NCBI GenBank assembly: GCA_965287045.1
Contig: OZ336873.1
Location: 72,912,001 to 72,976,000 of the forward strand
Length of the DNA stretch: 64,000 bases
From: Carcharhinus amblyrhynchos
Taxonomy: Eukaryota
Direction of reading: 5' to 3'
In this document: piece after piece, positions 12,248-25,951 of the stretch
Layout: each line of letters opens with the position of its first letter
Position numbering within the stretch: the stretch's first letter is position 1
Program-made: the position numbers and the translations under genes
The notes under the pieces: generated by a model
What the model was told of the DNA's origin: nothing
The model's input: only the letters and a program-made list of their open reading frames with translations
Database searches by the model: none

Positions 12248-13490
12248 TATTCATGGGATGTGTGTATTGTTGACCAGGCCAGCATTTTATCATTTCCCCT
12301 TCCTAATTGCCCTTGAGAAAGTGGTGGTAAGCCATTGCTTTGAACTTCTGCAATCCATGTGATGCAGGTACACCCACAGTGCTTAAGGAAGGGAGTTCCA
12401 GAATTTTGACCAAGCAACAATGAAGAAATGGCAATATTAAGTGTGAATGGTGTGTGGCTTGGGGGAGAGCTTGGTAGTGGTGTTTCCTTGCATTTGCAGC
12501 ACTTTTCCTTCTGTTTTAGAGAGGTTCTATGTTTCCATGTCACGGGTTTGAAGGGTAAAGTAAAAAAGTAAAGTTTACTTATTAGTTACAAGAAGGCTTA
12601 CGTTAATACTGCAATGAAGTTACTGTGAAAATCCCCTAGTCACCACATTCCGGTGCCTGTTTGGGTACACTGATGGAGAATTTAGCATGCGAATCCACCT
12701 AGCCTGCACATCTTTCGGATTGTGGGAGAAAACCGGAGCACCTGGAGGAAATCCATGCAGATATGGGGAAAATGTGCAGACTCCACACAGACAGTGATCC
12801 AAGCTGGGAATCGAACCTGGATTCCTGGTACTGAGAGGCAGCAGTGCTAACCACTGTGCCAATGGGACTGAATGTTTAAGGTGCTGGATGGGATGCCAAT
12901 CAAACAGGCTGCTTTGTCCTCGATGGACTTGAGCTTAAGTGTTGGAGCTGGACCTATTCAGGGAAGTGGAGAATACCCCATCGCACTCCTGACTTGCACA
13001 ATCATAGTGATATGATTTTGTCATTTGTGGTCATACTTTTTTAAACTTCCACCAATTCTCCACAAAATTATAAACTGCACTAAGTCAGGCACATTAGATC
13101 ATTATTTTACGTCTTTATACAGCCCAGTCACCTAGTCAAGTATAATGCTTTTACACAGTATGTGTGCCTCAATCAGCCTTCAGAGCAACTTTGGGAGTCA
13201 GGAGGTGAGTTACCTGGTGCCAAATGCCCAGCCTGTGATCTGCTCTTGGAGCCACATGTTTTATGTGCAAAGTTTTGACCTTTGCTGACCTGCAAGATGT
13301 GGCTGGTAAGAGTTTTGGTAATGCTGTCAGTTGTCAAGGAAAGTGGTTGAACTTTCTTGTTGGAGATGCTCATTGCCTAACACTTGGGTGGCATAAATGT
13401 TTCTGGCCAATTTTTTAGCCCAATTCAGAATGCTATCCAGGTCTTGTTGAATGTGGGCATGGATTTCTTCATTTCCTGAAAAATTGTGAA
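12248..13490 (-). mobile_element. Ancient CR1-group (L2/Crack-like) LINE 3' fragments
   Basis: Reverse complement of the family at 20030-20680 and 34410-35700; pieces at 12248-12550, 12863-13000 and 13185-13490, interrupted by a SINE. Confidence 0.65.
12556..12861 (-). mobile_element. HE1/V-SINE-headed SINE with an alternative 3' tail
   Basis: tggcacagtggttagcactgctgcc box A, ggttcgattccc box B, V-domain, tail ...ggggattttcacagtaacttcattgcag...; same family as 20820-21101. Confidence 0.85.
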
Positions 13491-15264
13491 TGAGCTTGAT
13501 AACTGACAGCAAGTCTACGGTGCAAATTGTGAAACGTAGAAGGTAGACTTTGTAGATTAAAGACATGCAGTGTCTTTGGAGCAAATTTCCCTTCTTAAAC
13601 TTCGATTTGAACCTGGCCCTGGATTTGAAGGGCTGAATTAAAACTGGAAAATAGGATATTCTGAATCCACGGCTTGTTAGCTGACACCTCAAAATAGAAA
13701 TTGGATCAATGTTTTTTATGAGCACTGCATCAGAATCTACTAAATTGACAAATTTGACCTTCAGTGGCTCTCCATGGTGGAAGAATATCCAGCTGCTGCA
13801 AGTTGGTTATTAAGTGTAATGAAATTCTCTGACTGGTTCCTGATGAATGATGTGGAGCACTGAATGAATCTACAAGCACAGATGTGCATGATAACGTTTC
13901 TATGATTGTGCAGAAATACTCTTTTTTTTTCCCCCACACCTCCATCAGTAACAAGTTTCACGTGTATAATGCACTTGGGACAGATTCAACACTAAGGCAG
14001 ATAAACCAGGTGGAGAGACAGATAGTCAATGGCTATCAAGATGATTGTAGACCCACTTTTAAATTAAGGCACCCTTTCAAATCTTTGGCTTGACAACTAT
14101 TTGAATTAAGCCCATACTGCTAATGATGTAGCCTTGTACACATTCTTATAAAATTCAATGCTAGCAAGATGCTGTAAGATACACTCTCAGGAGAAAGGGG
14201 AGCAGCTTCCCATCTTCAGCAAGGAATTGGGTAGTTTTGTTAATCACTTTGGCTGGTTTATGTGCCTTGGTGTTGAGTTGGTGATATGTTTGTTTGTCTC
14301 TTTGTCATTCTCTTGTCTTGTTTCATACATGAAAATTCAAGTTGCCATTCCTCATTGGATGCATTACTGGAGGTTTGATCAGATGATGCTTGCTCAGCTG
14401 GTATTTGTTACTCCCCCTTGTAATTGAGTTCCCACTTGTGGGTTTGGTCAAATTTTCCTTGCCGTTTACGTAATGCTGCTTTATTCCTACTGATCTATTA
14501 ACAAATTTTTGGGGGGCTTCCTAAAATTGGATTAATGAAATTTAAGCTGCTTTCTTAAATTCATGCACCAGCTGCTTCAAACAATTACACTGTTCATACA
14601 AAGGCCAGTGTATGTGGAGCTGGCAGGTAAGACAATACATTCACCCCATCTCTGCCCAGTGTCAATCCACCCCCACCCTTGTAGTGCTTTTCTAACTTGG
14701 AGACTGTGCAGGAACAAGCAAATCAAGGAAATGGAGCAGAGGTGGCCCTCTATTTAGTACACCAACAATCAAACTTGGCTTGTAAATGGTAGTGTCAACT
14801 CTAAATTTAAGCTGTGTATTTGTATAGGTTCTGCATATTTAACAGCTAACAAAATTAAAACGTATGTTCAGAATAAAGGAAATAGTTGCATTAATATCGC
14901 AAGTGAATGTATAGTGATGTTAAACTTGTCAATTAGCAAATTTTTGCATTTCTCTTGTCATGGAGCTTGAGCCACACGCCTGCTTGTTGACTTATAATTG
15001 CACAAAATTGCAGTTAGCTCATTGTTGATGGAGATGTTTGTTTATTTTTCACTTTCAGGGCCTGTATTTGAATGGAGCCCCAGCTAATGGGGTTGAATTT
15101 TGTTCAGTCTCCTCACGTTGTGACATCAATGTGATGTCATTATGGGCATGCTTAATCCAATTCTTAATCCGCGTAAATCCAGAGCAGAAAAACTGCCTCA
15201 AATTTGTCATTAAACAACTCTAAATTGGCAGACTTAGTGTCACTACTGAGTAATAATTGTACAT

Positions 15265-15600
15265 GGAATCCCATTTGCACACCATCTGACAGTGTATCAT
15301 GATCAGAGCCATTGACTTTGCTGACAGCAAAGTTCCACAAGCAATGAATGAGAAAATGAACCAGTCATTTCCCTGGCAATCTTGATTGAGAGAAACATTT
15401 GGTTGAGTGCACCAGGAGAATTCTCTCCACTTGGAATACTCTCTCATCTTTGGCTGTAGAGGGAAAATGGGCCTTGGTTTAATATCTTATTTGAAAAGCA
15501 CTACATCTGACAACATATCACTTCCTCAGTGTAACCTGGATTATGTGATCAGGTAGTATGTGCTCTGACTCAGGAGAGCATGGAACCAAGTGATCCAAAT
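15265..15600 (-). mobile_element. DeuSINE (SacSINE1/AmnSINE1-like), degenerate
   Basis: Reverse complement resembles the copy at 33829-34270 (ctgactcag head, ctgacaac...cctcagtgta core). Confidence 0.6.
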
Positions 15601-15869
15601 TTCTTTGATCATATTAGATGGTGTGATCTCAGGCTTATCATGTTTATCAGATCTAAGTGGTTTTCCAAACGGTTTAATGAAGAGTACTAGTACTCTATTG
15701 ATGCCAAGATCATGGTGATGAATAGGTATTCTTGCAGGTTTGTTTTACAAGTTTTCTGAGATATGAACAAACAATAATGATGTCAGGAAAAGTCCAGGTG
15801 GTCCATCAAAACTGCATCATATCATATGAGGATTGGACCATCATGGCTGAATACATGATTAAAATGTAG

Positions 15870-16597
15870 GCAGAGGGACCTGGAGGTCCTTGTGCACGAA
15901 TCGTAAAAACTCAGTCTGCAGGTGCAGCGGGTGATCAAGAAGGCGAATGAAATGTTGGCCTTTATCGCGAGGGGGATAGAATATAAAAGCAGGGAGGTCT
16001 TGCTGCAGCTGTTCAAGGCACTGCTGAGGCCGCAACTGGAGTACTGTGTGCAGTTTTGGTCCCCTTATCGCATAAGGATATATTGGCCTTGGAGGGAGTA
16101 CAGAGAAGGTTCACCAGGCTGATACCGGAGATGAGGGGGGTTAGCTTACGAGGAGAGATTGAATAGACTGGGCCTGTACTCGTTGGAGTTTAGAAGGCTG
16201 AGGGGGGGATTTTATAGAGTCTTGCAAGATAATGAAGCGGCTGGATAGGGTAGAGGTAGAGAGATTCTTTCTGCTTAGAAAGGAAACCAGAACTAGAGGG
16301 CCCAGCCTCAAAATAAGGGGGGGGGGGGGAGTGGTTTAGAACTGAGTTGAGGAGGAACTTCTTCACTCAAAGAGTGGTGAATCTCTGGAATTCTCTGCCC
16401 GTTGAAGTGGTGGAGGCTACCTCGTTGAATATATTTAAGTCACGGGTAGATAGATTTCTGATGGACAAGGAAATTAAGGGTTATGGGGAAAAGGCGGGAA
16501 AGTGGAACTGATCCACTTCAGATCAGCCATGATCTTATTGAATGGTGGGGCAGGCTTGAAGGGCTAGATGGCCTACTCGTGCTCCTATTTCTTATGT
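15870..16597 (+). mobile_element. CR1 LINE 3' fragment (young subfamily)
   Basis: REVLLQLFKALLRPQLEYCVQFWSP plus CR1 3' UTR. Confidence 0.95.
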
Positions 16598-19500
16598 GAT
16601 CCACAATAATTGTGATAAACACTCAACAGAAAGACTTAAGATAGTTGTAGTGGAATAAATAACCCACAATATAATTGACAATAACAATTGTTAAGTTCCG
16701 CAAAATTGGACATTGTTTTATCCCAAGTTTCATGCCATCAAAAATCCTCCTTGCCATTTTAGAACTTTTAGCTTTGATGCTCAGGACAATGAAATATTAG
16801 GATTTCTGCTGCTTTGAGGAAGGAAATGAAGCAACAGAAAGCAGAAGTGGGTGAGAATGACAGCTGTGAAGCACTATTGTTCAGGCCTTATGCTCAACAT
16901 GACTAGTGAAGCCTTTGGGACATCTGACTTCTGTGTGAACCTCATCAAGAACAATGCAGCTTCTTCAAACAAACAGAATCTGCCCCAGAGTCTGAGGTTT
17001 GCACTGAACCTCAAACTGGTTTCTGCTCTATATTTGGAGACATTTTGTTCAGAGGCACTCTTGTGTGACACCAACTGTGTAGCCTGAGGAAGTACATGTG
17101 CCTGCTAAAGTTTATGGCCAGAATAATTTGCAACTATTAATGTTGCTGATTGCATACATTATTCTTGACACCCCATCATAAATCAGAGATGCTTACAGCT
17201 CGGTGTTAATGAAAGATCATTTTGCCCTTCTCAAGGATGAGCAACAAATACTGGCCTTGTCAGTGACACTCTTGTGCTATGGAAGAATTAAATGCAAAGC
17301 TGCAAAAAGATTGGCTCTTTGCCTGCCGAAACTATCTTTCTCTTTTTTAAAGAATTTCAATTTTGTGTGGTGTCAAAGATCATGTTTAATTTACCAGTAA
17401 TGACTGGATTTCACTCTTCATAAGGTGGAATCTGGTGAGAATGGTTTGTTTTCAGAAATCCTTCGATAGCAGCGGGTAAATGGACCTTTTGAAGCCTTCA
17501 GAAATAATTCCAAATATGGAGGTTGACTGGTATGTTGAGCATAAAAGTAAGCCATTAGTGTGAGTGGTTGCCATTTTTAACTTCAAATGTGAATTACGTG
17601 TTTTTTTTAATGTGGCATGGTTTATTGGATGAATTAATTGAACAAAGGTAACTTTAACCACAGTGGGAATGCTCTAAAACACATTTTCCATGGCAACCCA
17701 CGCAAAAAAAATTCAACAAATTCATTCTGCATCATTTTGGCTATGGCATCATTGTAAGGATCCCACTTAAAATCAGATTTGAACTTTTGCTTTCAGAAGT
17801 ATCTCTCTACAACAAATAATCCTGGATTTTTGAATGATCTGTTGACACTCAGGAAGTAATAACATCCCATGATTTCATAATGAAACCACATTAAAAAATC
17901 AAGCAGAGCAACACACATATTTCCACTCTTTTTGAAGGCTTTTTTTCTCCATTAACCAATCTTCTATTCCATTTGGCCTGAACATAATCCTTGAATGACT
18001 TGTTGGGAAATGCATCTGTTAGAGAAATTCCAAATCAGGGATTTAAGACACTGATAAAACTACTAACGCTTAGTTAAGTGACTCCAGACTTACAATCTAA
18101 CAGGTGCTGTCTGCATAAAGACAGTATAATGCACAAGAGATTTGAACAAAAGAAATTTGAACATGTATTTTGGATTATAACAGGTATTTATAAAGTAACC
18201 TGTACACTTAGCCAAAAGCAGGCTGCCCAACAGCACAATGAGATGAAGACGAACCACATTCTTCGGAACAATGAAACCACAAAACGTGTAGATTCTTATC
18301 AGCGTAAGTTACGGACAGTTTGAGTTCCCAAAGCCATAGTATGAATAGAGCTGTTCAAGTTATACTGATAGAACAGTGGTGTTTCTCAGACATGGGGATA
18401 TCAACTGTCTGACCCGACCATTAACATAATTGAGAGTTGGTGAGAACAGCACCTTTGAACTCCCTACATGTAACGCTAAATGTTAGGGTTTGCTAAGTGA
18501 TGGGGGTAAGAAGCATCTGGATTCTACTGACCAATGAAATCACATGATGTTGAGAGGGTAGAATGTGATTGGCTAAGGTGTATGACAATTGTTAATGATT
18601 GATGACTGGTTCATAACTGACGGGAAAGTGGGTAAAGTGAACTTGAAAATGTATAATTGTCCTGTTTGATGTATTGTAACTTCAGAGTGGTATTGGAATG
18701 CTCAAGGCCATCTCTTCAGAGAAGTGTCGGACTGTCCAATGCAATCTCTTCCAGCAATCATTGGTCAAATAAAGATATGCCTTTAACCAGGATACTGACT
18801 TTGTTAGTCTTTGTATTAACTGAGTTTTGGCAATACCTAGTCTCTGGGAAAAAAAACCCACAACAGCATTCAAAAGCTAATCTTATGAACATTTGGTCTT
18901 CTGGTATAACTGCAATGTGGATGCTATTTCTTTGAGGCTTCTCTTAATCTCATTGCTTTGTTAAGATTTGTGTATGTCCTAATAAGCTGCATTGTTTATG
19001 TAAGCCACTGGGGCACCTATTTTATACATTATTTTGTAATTTATTCCATAACTTCACCCCATCTTCATCCAACCAACTATTGTCATGGACATTAACTAAA
19101 GCTGCTGTAGAGAATTTAGGATGTTTGGCATGGTTTCAAAATTACCATTGGCTTTAATTTTGTTCCATTTTGACCATGCAGACTAGTACCATTGTGAACC
19201 TTGTCTTCTCACGACTTGTCCCTTTCATGAGAATTGTTTTTGAACCTCTGCCCCCATGGTTCAGCAGCTGGGCATATTGAAATTCATCCATGTCGCTGAT
19301 GTGACTTAATAGATGCCTGTGTTTTTTGCCACTATCTGATGATGAATCTCTGGAAAGTAATTATATTGACATTGAGGTCTCTTTGTAGTCTGAGTGATAT
19401 TGGCCTTCTTTCGCAACATTAGACTGTTTTGTTCTATAAAGTGGCTACATTAACTAGCTGTGGCTCTGAAATCTGCTTGATTCAGGGTTTGATTTGGCCC

Positions 19501-20029
19501 TCTGTGGTGCAGTTATTACCTATCTGGTGAAGATGAAATCATGCTGATGGTTTTCACTGAACTCATTCCAATATATGCTTCTCAAGGTCAGACCAGGGTT
19601 GGTTCCTGTTCTTGTAGTGCATTTGGTCTTGAGCACCATTTTCAGTGCAGATTGCAACATTTCTTCCAGATATCGCAAAAATGAGTCATCTTACACGTAG
19701 GGTCCACTTATGAGTCATGTGTGACTTATGGTATTTCAGATGATTTTCCAATGAAATGATGGTGTCCTGCAGTTGTGTGGAAATCAATTCTTTCAATAAC
19801 TGGGTGAAACTTAAAATTGAACAGTTTACATTGTAATTCAACCTTTGTCAGGATATAATACCTTTGGGAGAAAAGTAGCTCATCAGGGGAATAGTTATGT
19901 TTACTTACTTGATGTCTGTCTAGTGAGTTGTTCTGTTTATCAGCGCTCAGCCCAATTGATTGTATGGCTTTCCTCCTCTTGGCACTTTTACGAATCAAGA
20001 CAATGTGTGAACAGCTAAATAAATCAATA

Positions 20030-20680
20030 TCCAGGGGCTTCCTATTGACCAGAAACTGAACTTAACTAACCATATAATACCCTGACTACAAGAGCAGTTT
20101 CAAGGCTTGGAATTCTGTAACTTGTCTCCTGACTTCCCAAAGCCTGTCTGCCAACTACAAAGCACAAGTCAGGAGTGTGATGAAATATTTTCCATTTGTC
20201 TGGATGAATGGAGCTCCAAAAACGCTCAAGAAGCTTGACACCATCCAAGACACAGCAGCCAGCTTAATTGGCATTCCATTTGCCACCATCAACATTCACT
20301 TCCTCTGCCACTGATGTGCTTAACAGCAGTGTGTACTATCTGTAAGATGCACTGCAGAAACTCACCAAGGCTCCTTCAATAGAACTTTCCAAATCCACAA
20401 TCTCTATCACCTAGAAGGACAAGAGCAACAAATACCTGGGAACAAGCACTACTTGCAAGTCTTCCTGCCAACCGCTCAAGAGCCTCTCTCGGATCTACAT
20501 TGCTGTTCCTTCACTGTCACTGAGTCAAAATCCTGGAATTTCCTAGCAGCACTGTGGATGTACCAACACCACATGGACTGCAGCAGTTCAAGAATGTGGT
20601 TCACCATGACCACCTTGAGGACAATTAGGGATGCTCGTTAAATGCTATCCTCGCCAGCAATGCCCATGCTCTGAGAAAGA
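20030..20680 (+). mobile_element. Ancient CR1-group LINE 3' fragment
   Basis: attgaccagaaactgaac; ctacaaagcacaagtcaggagtgtgatg (YKAQVRSVM); tail acaattagggatgctcgttaaatgct. Confidence 0.75.
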
Positions 20681-20819
20681 AGTAAAACAAAATAGATTTA
20701 TTTCAAGTTTTCTTTCTTGCTGTTATCAGTCTTGCTCCAGTGCTGAAATATGTTTCTGGTAAATTAAAGGCGAAACGAATACTTGAAGAGGAGTATTAAG
20801 ACTTTCACAAAAGAACAGG

Positions 20820-21101
20820 ATGGCATAGTGATTAGCACTGCTGTCTCCCCAGTGACCCAGGTTTGATTCCCAGCTCGGGTCACTATCTATGTGGAGGCTG
20901 CACGTTCTCCCCATGTCTGCATGAGTTTCTTCCAAGTGCTACAGTTTCCTTCCACAGTCCAAAAGGTTAGGTGTATGGACCATACTAAATTCTCCATCAG
21001 TGTACTTGAACGTGTGCTGGAGTGTGGCGACTAGAGGATTTTCACAGTAGCTCGATTGCAATGTTAATATAAGCCTACTTGTGACAATCAATAAACTAAA
21101 C
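20820..21101 (+). mobile_element. HE1/V-SINE-headed SINE with an alternative 3' tail
   Basis: tRNA head, V-domain and tail ...ggattttcacagtagctcgattgcaatgttaatataagcctacttgtgacaatcaataaac. Confidence 0.85.
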
Positions 21102-21139
21102 ATAAGGCATGACTATCGAAGTTGCGTGGTCTGATAGTT

Positions 21140-21395
21140 AAGCTAGCATTTATTGCTCATGCATTTTTAGAAAGCAATTTCAAGAATCCACCTGCGTCTA
21201 GATTCACCTATGAAGGACATTAATGAACCAAATGGTTTTTATGATAATCAACAATGGTTTCATGATCATGGTCATCGTTAGAGCTTTAATTCGAATGTTT
21301 TATTGAACGTGGTGGGATTTGAACCAGGGTCCCCAAGAGCATTACTATGGGTCTCTGGATTACTAGTCCAGTGCTATATGTTATTGCCTGTCCCT
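21140..21395 (-). mobile_element. tRNA-derived SINE, same family as 7430-7790, internally deleted
   Basis: gggatttgaaccagggtccccaagagcattactatgggtctctggattactagtccagtg. Confidence 0.7.
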
Positions 21396-21399
21396 GTAG

Positions 21400-22420
21400 A
21401 GACAGAGAAACTAGAAGAATGAAATACAATCCTTACAAGAGGAAATGTAGTGGACTTGGCTGTGGGAGTCACTGGGCTTACCCTGAATATTGATCAGTAG
21501 CTCATTGGCAGTAATGGAGTCAGAGAAGTTGAAGTCGGGAGAGGTCAAGTGGTGGCTGGACCATGCCAAGTTGAAAGAACAGTGGAAATTATAAGCAAAG
21601 TTGATAAAAATTTGCCAGCTCAGGTTGAGAGCAGGATATGACACTGATGAGAGTTATCGTTGTACTAGAACAAGAGCTGAGTGAAGAGACCGGAGTGAGA
21701 TTCAAACAAAGAAGGATTCACATAACCTGTGAAAACACAGGCGTAGCCAGGACCTGTTTGGGTTGAGGGAGTGAATGGAGTCAAAGGAGAAGTTGCTGAA
21801 GTAAGAACTGGTTCAGCTAAGCAGACGAGGGTGATTGGTGGTAGATGAGAAATGATGGGGCCTTTGTTCAAGGAAGAAGTGGTAAGTTCTTAGACCGTCC
21901 TGGCGGGTGTTGGATACGTAAAGTGACTGGACATGGTGCAGAGGGAGAGGTTAGGCCCAAGAAACTGGGGGGTCATGTAGGACATTGGAAGACTCAGGCA
22001 TGCAGGGATTGGAAAGTGGACAAGGACAGAACAAATATAATTGAGCTGTGAATAAATCAGTTATGTGGGACAACAACAACTGAAAAGATGGGTCTGCCAG
22101 GAGAGACGTTCTTATGGATTTTAGGAAGGAAGTAGAAGGACTGTGCAGAGTTGGGGCTGAGGAGCGTGAAGGCCATGGAGGAATGATCTCCAGAGGGGCT
22201 GAGATCAGTCAGCATTGGAAACAAAGGCCTAATGTTTGGAGGTGGTTAGGGCCCAGAAAGGAGTAGGAGGAGGTATTCAAGAATTGCCCCCCCACCCAAT
22301 TCTGCGAGGTAAAAATTGGTTTATCAAATAGCAGTATCATACTTGTCAACAGCTTTAATGACAATGTTAGGGTTAGACCTGAGAGAGATCGGCTGGAATG
22401 GGTGAAGGGAACAGAGGAAT
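21400..22420 (-). pseudogene. Penelope-like (Neptune-type) reverse transcriptase remnant
   Basis: Minus-strand pieces LRSNPNIVIKAVDK (DKG motif region), GPGYACVFTGYV, FINFAYNFH and KPSDSHSQVHYISS match PLE RT. Confidence 0.75.
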
Positions 22421-22739
22421 TGAAGCAACTGATGCCACACCAGCAGTTGCCAGTGAAACATTGAGAGAAGCTGAGAGAATGGGTAAAAAGGTTTGCTGTG
22501 TGGGCTACGCTGGGCAAAAAGGTTTGCTGTGTGCAACGCCTGACCTTTTTCCTCCTTTCTCATTATATATGGCCAAAATACTCCTTCCAGATGAAACAGT
22601 TTACTTGCATTTGTTTCTTTTCCTACCCTGTTACTATCTCATTTTGCTTTGCAGCATCCTCCCTTTTGTCACTGAATTTCCTGCCTTCCATCCTATAGAC
22701 ATCGTTTCTTTTTTGATCTTTCCTCCCCTTTCCTGCTTT

Positions 22740-22875
22740 GATGAAAATGATTATCCCTTTAAATACTCCCATTTCTAACAAAGGGTCATTGACCTGAAAT
22801 GTCAGACTCTTGTTTCTCCCTCCACAGACCCTGCCAGATATGCTGAGTGCTTTTAGTATTTTCTGTTTTGATTTT
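22740..22875 (+). mobile_element. Penelope (Neptune-type) pLTR, inverted relative to the RT remnant
   Basis: aagggtcattgacctgaaatg...ctccacagaccctgccagatatgctgagt; hammerhead core decayed. Confidence 0.6.
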
Positions 22876-23660
22876 TACATGTTCTCTTTTTAACTATCAT
22901 AAGCTCAATAAGTGTGTCTGGAGTGAGCACTTGTTGTTTGAACTTAGGCTTTCATCCTTTCTGAAGTGAATTAATAAGTACAACATCTGATCATGTGATG
23001 AAAGAGCAGGTGGCTGCAGGACTTTATACAGTGCCAGTTACGCTATCACAAGTCCTGTCTCAGACACTCGTGATTGCCCAGGTGGAATCAGCACTGTTTC
23101 CTGCTACCATCTGTTAGCATTAAAGCGGCTTTCAACACTGAGTGTTTAATTTCCCTGTAAATATTTTTGACTGCATAGGTCACACTTAGTGTTTCTCAAG
23201 CTATAAAATAGGCATGTAACCACTGCTGCGGAGGTGTTGCCAGCTAACCCATTCTCTTTCTCGCATTTTGTTATCAGTATTTTTTCAGTCATAACCAAGT
23301 GAGTGCTAAGTAACCAAATATATACAAAAGAGGGTTTACTCACTTTTTTAGTATTGCATTAAGAGCTTGCAGTTTTGTTCATCACATTTTGATTTGAAAT
23401 TAAAAGCCAAATTTCTAATTGCCTTGCAATATTTAATCTCAATAAATGGTTCTGTTGATTGCACTGCCCTCTCTGGTTAGAAGGTCGGCTGGAGTGGGCT
23501 TCTGTTCAAATTCCATTCTAACTCTTATGCAATCTCAGTTGAGAGTGCTGCACCGTTGGATGTGGCATCAGGCACGCTAGCCAAAATGCTAACCAGAAAC
23601 CAATTGACTAATTGATACCAATTGTTGTTTGTTTCACCTTGCTGGCTGTTAACTGCCTGA

Positions 23661-25248
23661 ACCATTAGCAAGTAGAAGGTGTTGGGATTCTTGAAAAACA
23701 TTAAGGTAGACAAGTCCCCAGGGCCTGGTAGGATATACCCCAAAATACTGAGAGAGGCAAGGGAGGAAAATGGCCTTGAGAAAAATCTTTGTATCCTGGC
23801 TACAGGGGAGGTCCCAGAAGATTGGAGAATAGCCAATGTTGTTCCTTTGTTTAAGGGGAGCAAGAATAATCCAGGTAATTACAGGCTGGTGAACCTTATG
23901 TATATGATACGGAAATTATTGGAGAAAATTCTTCGAGACAGAATTTACTCCCACTTGGAAATAAGTGGACTTATTAGGGAGAGGCAACATGATTTTGTGA
24001 AGGAGAGGTTGTGTCTCACTAACTTTATCGAGTTTTTTGAGGAAGTGACAAAGATGATTGATGAGGGTAGGGCCATAGATGTTGTCCACATGGACTTTAG
24101 ATAGGCCCTTGACAAGGTCTTTCGTGGCAGACTGGTGCAGAAGGTGAACGGGCAAGGTGGATACAGAACTCGCTCAGTCACAGAAGATGGAGGATAGCAG
24201 TGGAAGGATGTGTTTCTGAATGGAGGACTGTGACTACTGGCATTCCTCAGGGATCAGTGTTGGAACCTTTGCTGTTCGTAATGTATATAAAAGATTTGGA
24301 AGAAGATATAACTGGTTTGATTAGTAAGTTTGCGGATGACACAAAGGTTGGTGGATTCGCAAATAGCGATGAGGACCATCAGAGGATACAGCAGGATATA
24401 GATCGGTTGGAGCTTGGGTGGAGAGGTGGCAGATAGCGTTTAATCCAGACAAATGTGAAGTAATGCGTTTTGGAAGGTCTAATATCTAATACAGATAGGA
24501 GAAACACAGTAAATAGCAGAACCCTTAAGAGCATTGATAGGCAGAGGGATCTGGATGTGTAGGTACACAGGTCACTGAAAGTGGCAATGCAGGTAGAGAA
24601 GGTAGTCGAGAAGGCTTTTGGCATGCTTGCCTTCATCGGCTGGGGCATTGAGTTTAAAAATTGGCAAGCCATGTTGCAGCTTTATAGAGCTTAGTTAGGC
24701 CGCACTTGGAATATAGTGTTTGATTCTAGATGCCACATTACCAGAATGATGTAGAGGCTTTGGAGAGGGTACAGAAAAAATTACCAGGATGTTGCCTGGT
24801 ATGGAGGGCATTAACTATAAAGAGAGATTGGAGAAACTTGGTTTGTTCTCATTGGAACAACGGAGGTTGAGGGGCGACCTGGTAGAAGTCTACAAGATTA
24901 TGAGGGGCATGGACAGAGTGGATACTCAGAAGCTTTTTCCCAGGGTGGAAGAGTCAATTACTAAGGTTTAAGGTGCGAGGGGCAAGGTTTAAAGGAGATG
25001 TACAAGGCAAGTTTTTTTACACAGAGGTTGGTGAGTGCCTGGAACTTGCTGCTGGGAGAGGTAGTGGAAGCAGATATGATAGTGAGTTTTAAGGGGTGTC
25101 TTGACAAATACATGAATAGGGTGGGAATAGAGGGATATGGTTCCCGGAAGGGTAGTTTTAGTTCAGTCGGGCAGGATGGTCGGTGCAGGCTTGGAGGGCG
25201 GAAGGGCCTGTTCCTGTGCTGTAGTTTTCTTTGTTCTTTGTTCTTTGT
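23661..25248 (+). mobile_element. CR1 LINE, 5'-truncated (second subfamily, ttgttct tail)
   Basis: KVDKSPGPGRIYP, NYRLVNL, GIPQGSVL, KFADDTK; tail gggcctgttcctgtgctgtagttttctttgttctttgttctt. Confidence 0.95.
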
Positions 25249-25344
25249 CTATCACCTGAGATCACATTTCTATACCAACCCACGGATCTCCCTGCTATTA
25301 CACAAAACTCCGAACAGGGAAAACAGCTTTTTTTGGCCCAACCA

Positions 25345-25490
25345 GCAGATGTTGCTGAAAACAAAATACTGAGGAAGTTGGAGATCTGAAATGAAAATAG
25401 TAACTGCCAAACTTGACAGCATCTGTGGAGAGAAAAATGGAACTAAAGTTTTGAGTCTAATATGACTCTTCAGTTCTGAAGACGAACTCA
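25345..25490 (-). mobile_element. Penelope (Neptune-type) pLTR fragment
   Basis: aaaacaaaatactg...ggagatctgaaatgaaaa...cagcatctgtggagaga. Confidence 0.55.
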
Positions 25491-25951
25491 TCTTCTCCTT
25501 GATTTACCTCGATCCATTCATTTTCAGTTCTCCGCTCCTCATTATTCCTCTCACAGTTTGGCATTGGTGACAGCTGGCTTAGAGCAATTTTCCACACAGC
25601 TATGTAGAATACTGTAAGACTATAAGAAATATAACTAGGAATAGGCTGTTCATCCCCTCAAGCCTGCTGCACCTTCAATGGTGTCATGGCTGATCTGACT
25701 ACACCCACTTTCCTGCCCTTTCCCCATAACCATTGATCAAAAATCTATCTGTCTCAGCTTTGATATATGCAAGGACTACGCCCACACAGCTCTCTGACAA
25801 GTAGTTCCAAAGACACTTGATCCTGTGAGAGAAGAAATTCCTTCTCCTCTGTCTTAAATTGGCACCCCTTAATTTTGAGACTGTGTCCTCTAGTCCGAGA
25901 CACACTTATTAGGTGAAATATCCTCCCATTGTCAAGCCTCTTACGCTCAAT

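Noticed and set aside
15113-15126. 14-mer ctcacgttgtgaca recurring at about 54785
   Set aside because: No flanking similarity; one such match is plausible by chance.
22480-22535. Direct repeat tggg(t/c)aaaaaggtttgctgtgtg twice, superficially CRISPR-like
   Set aside because: Only two units with an 8-nt gap in vertebrate DNA; a local tandem duplication.
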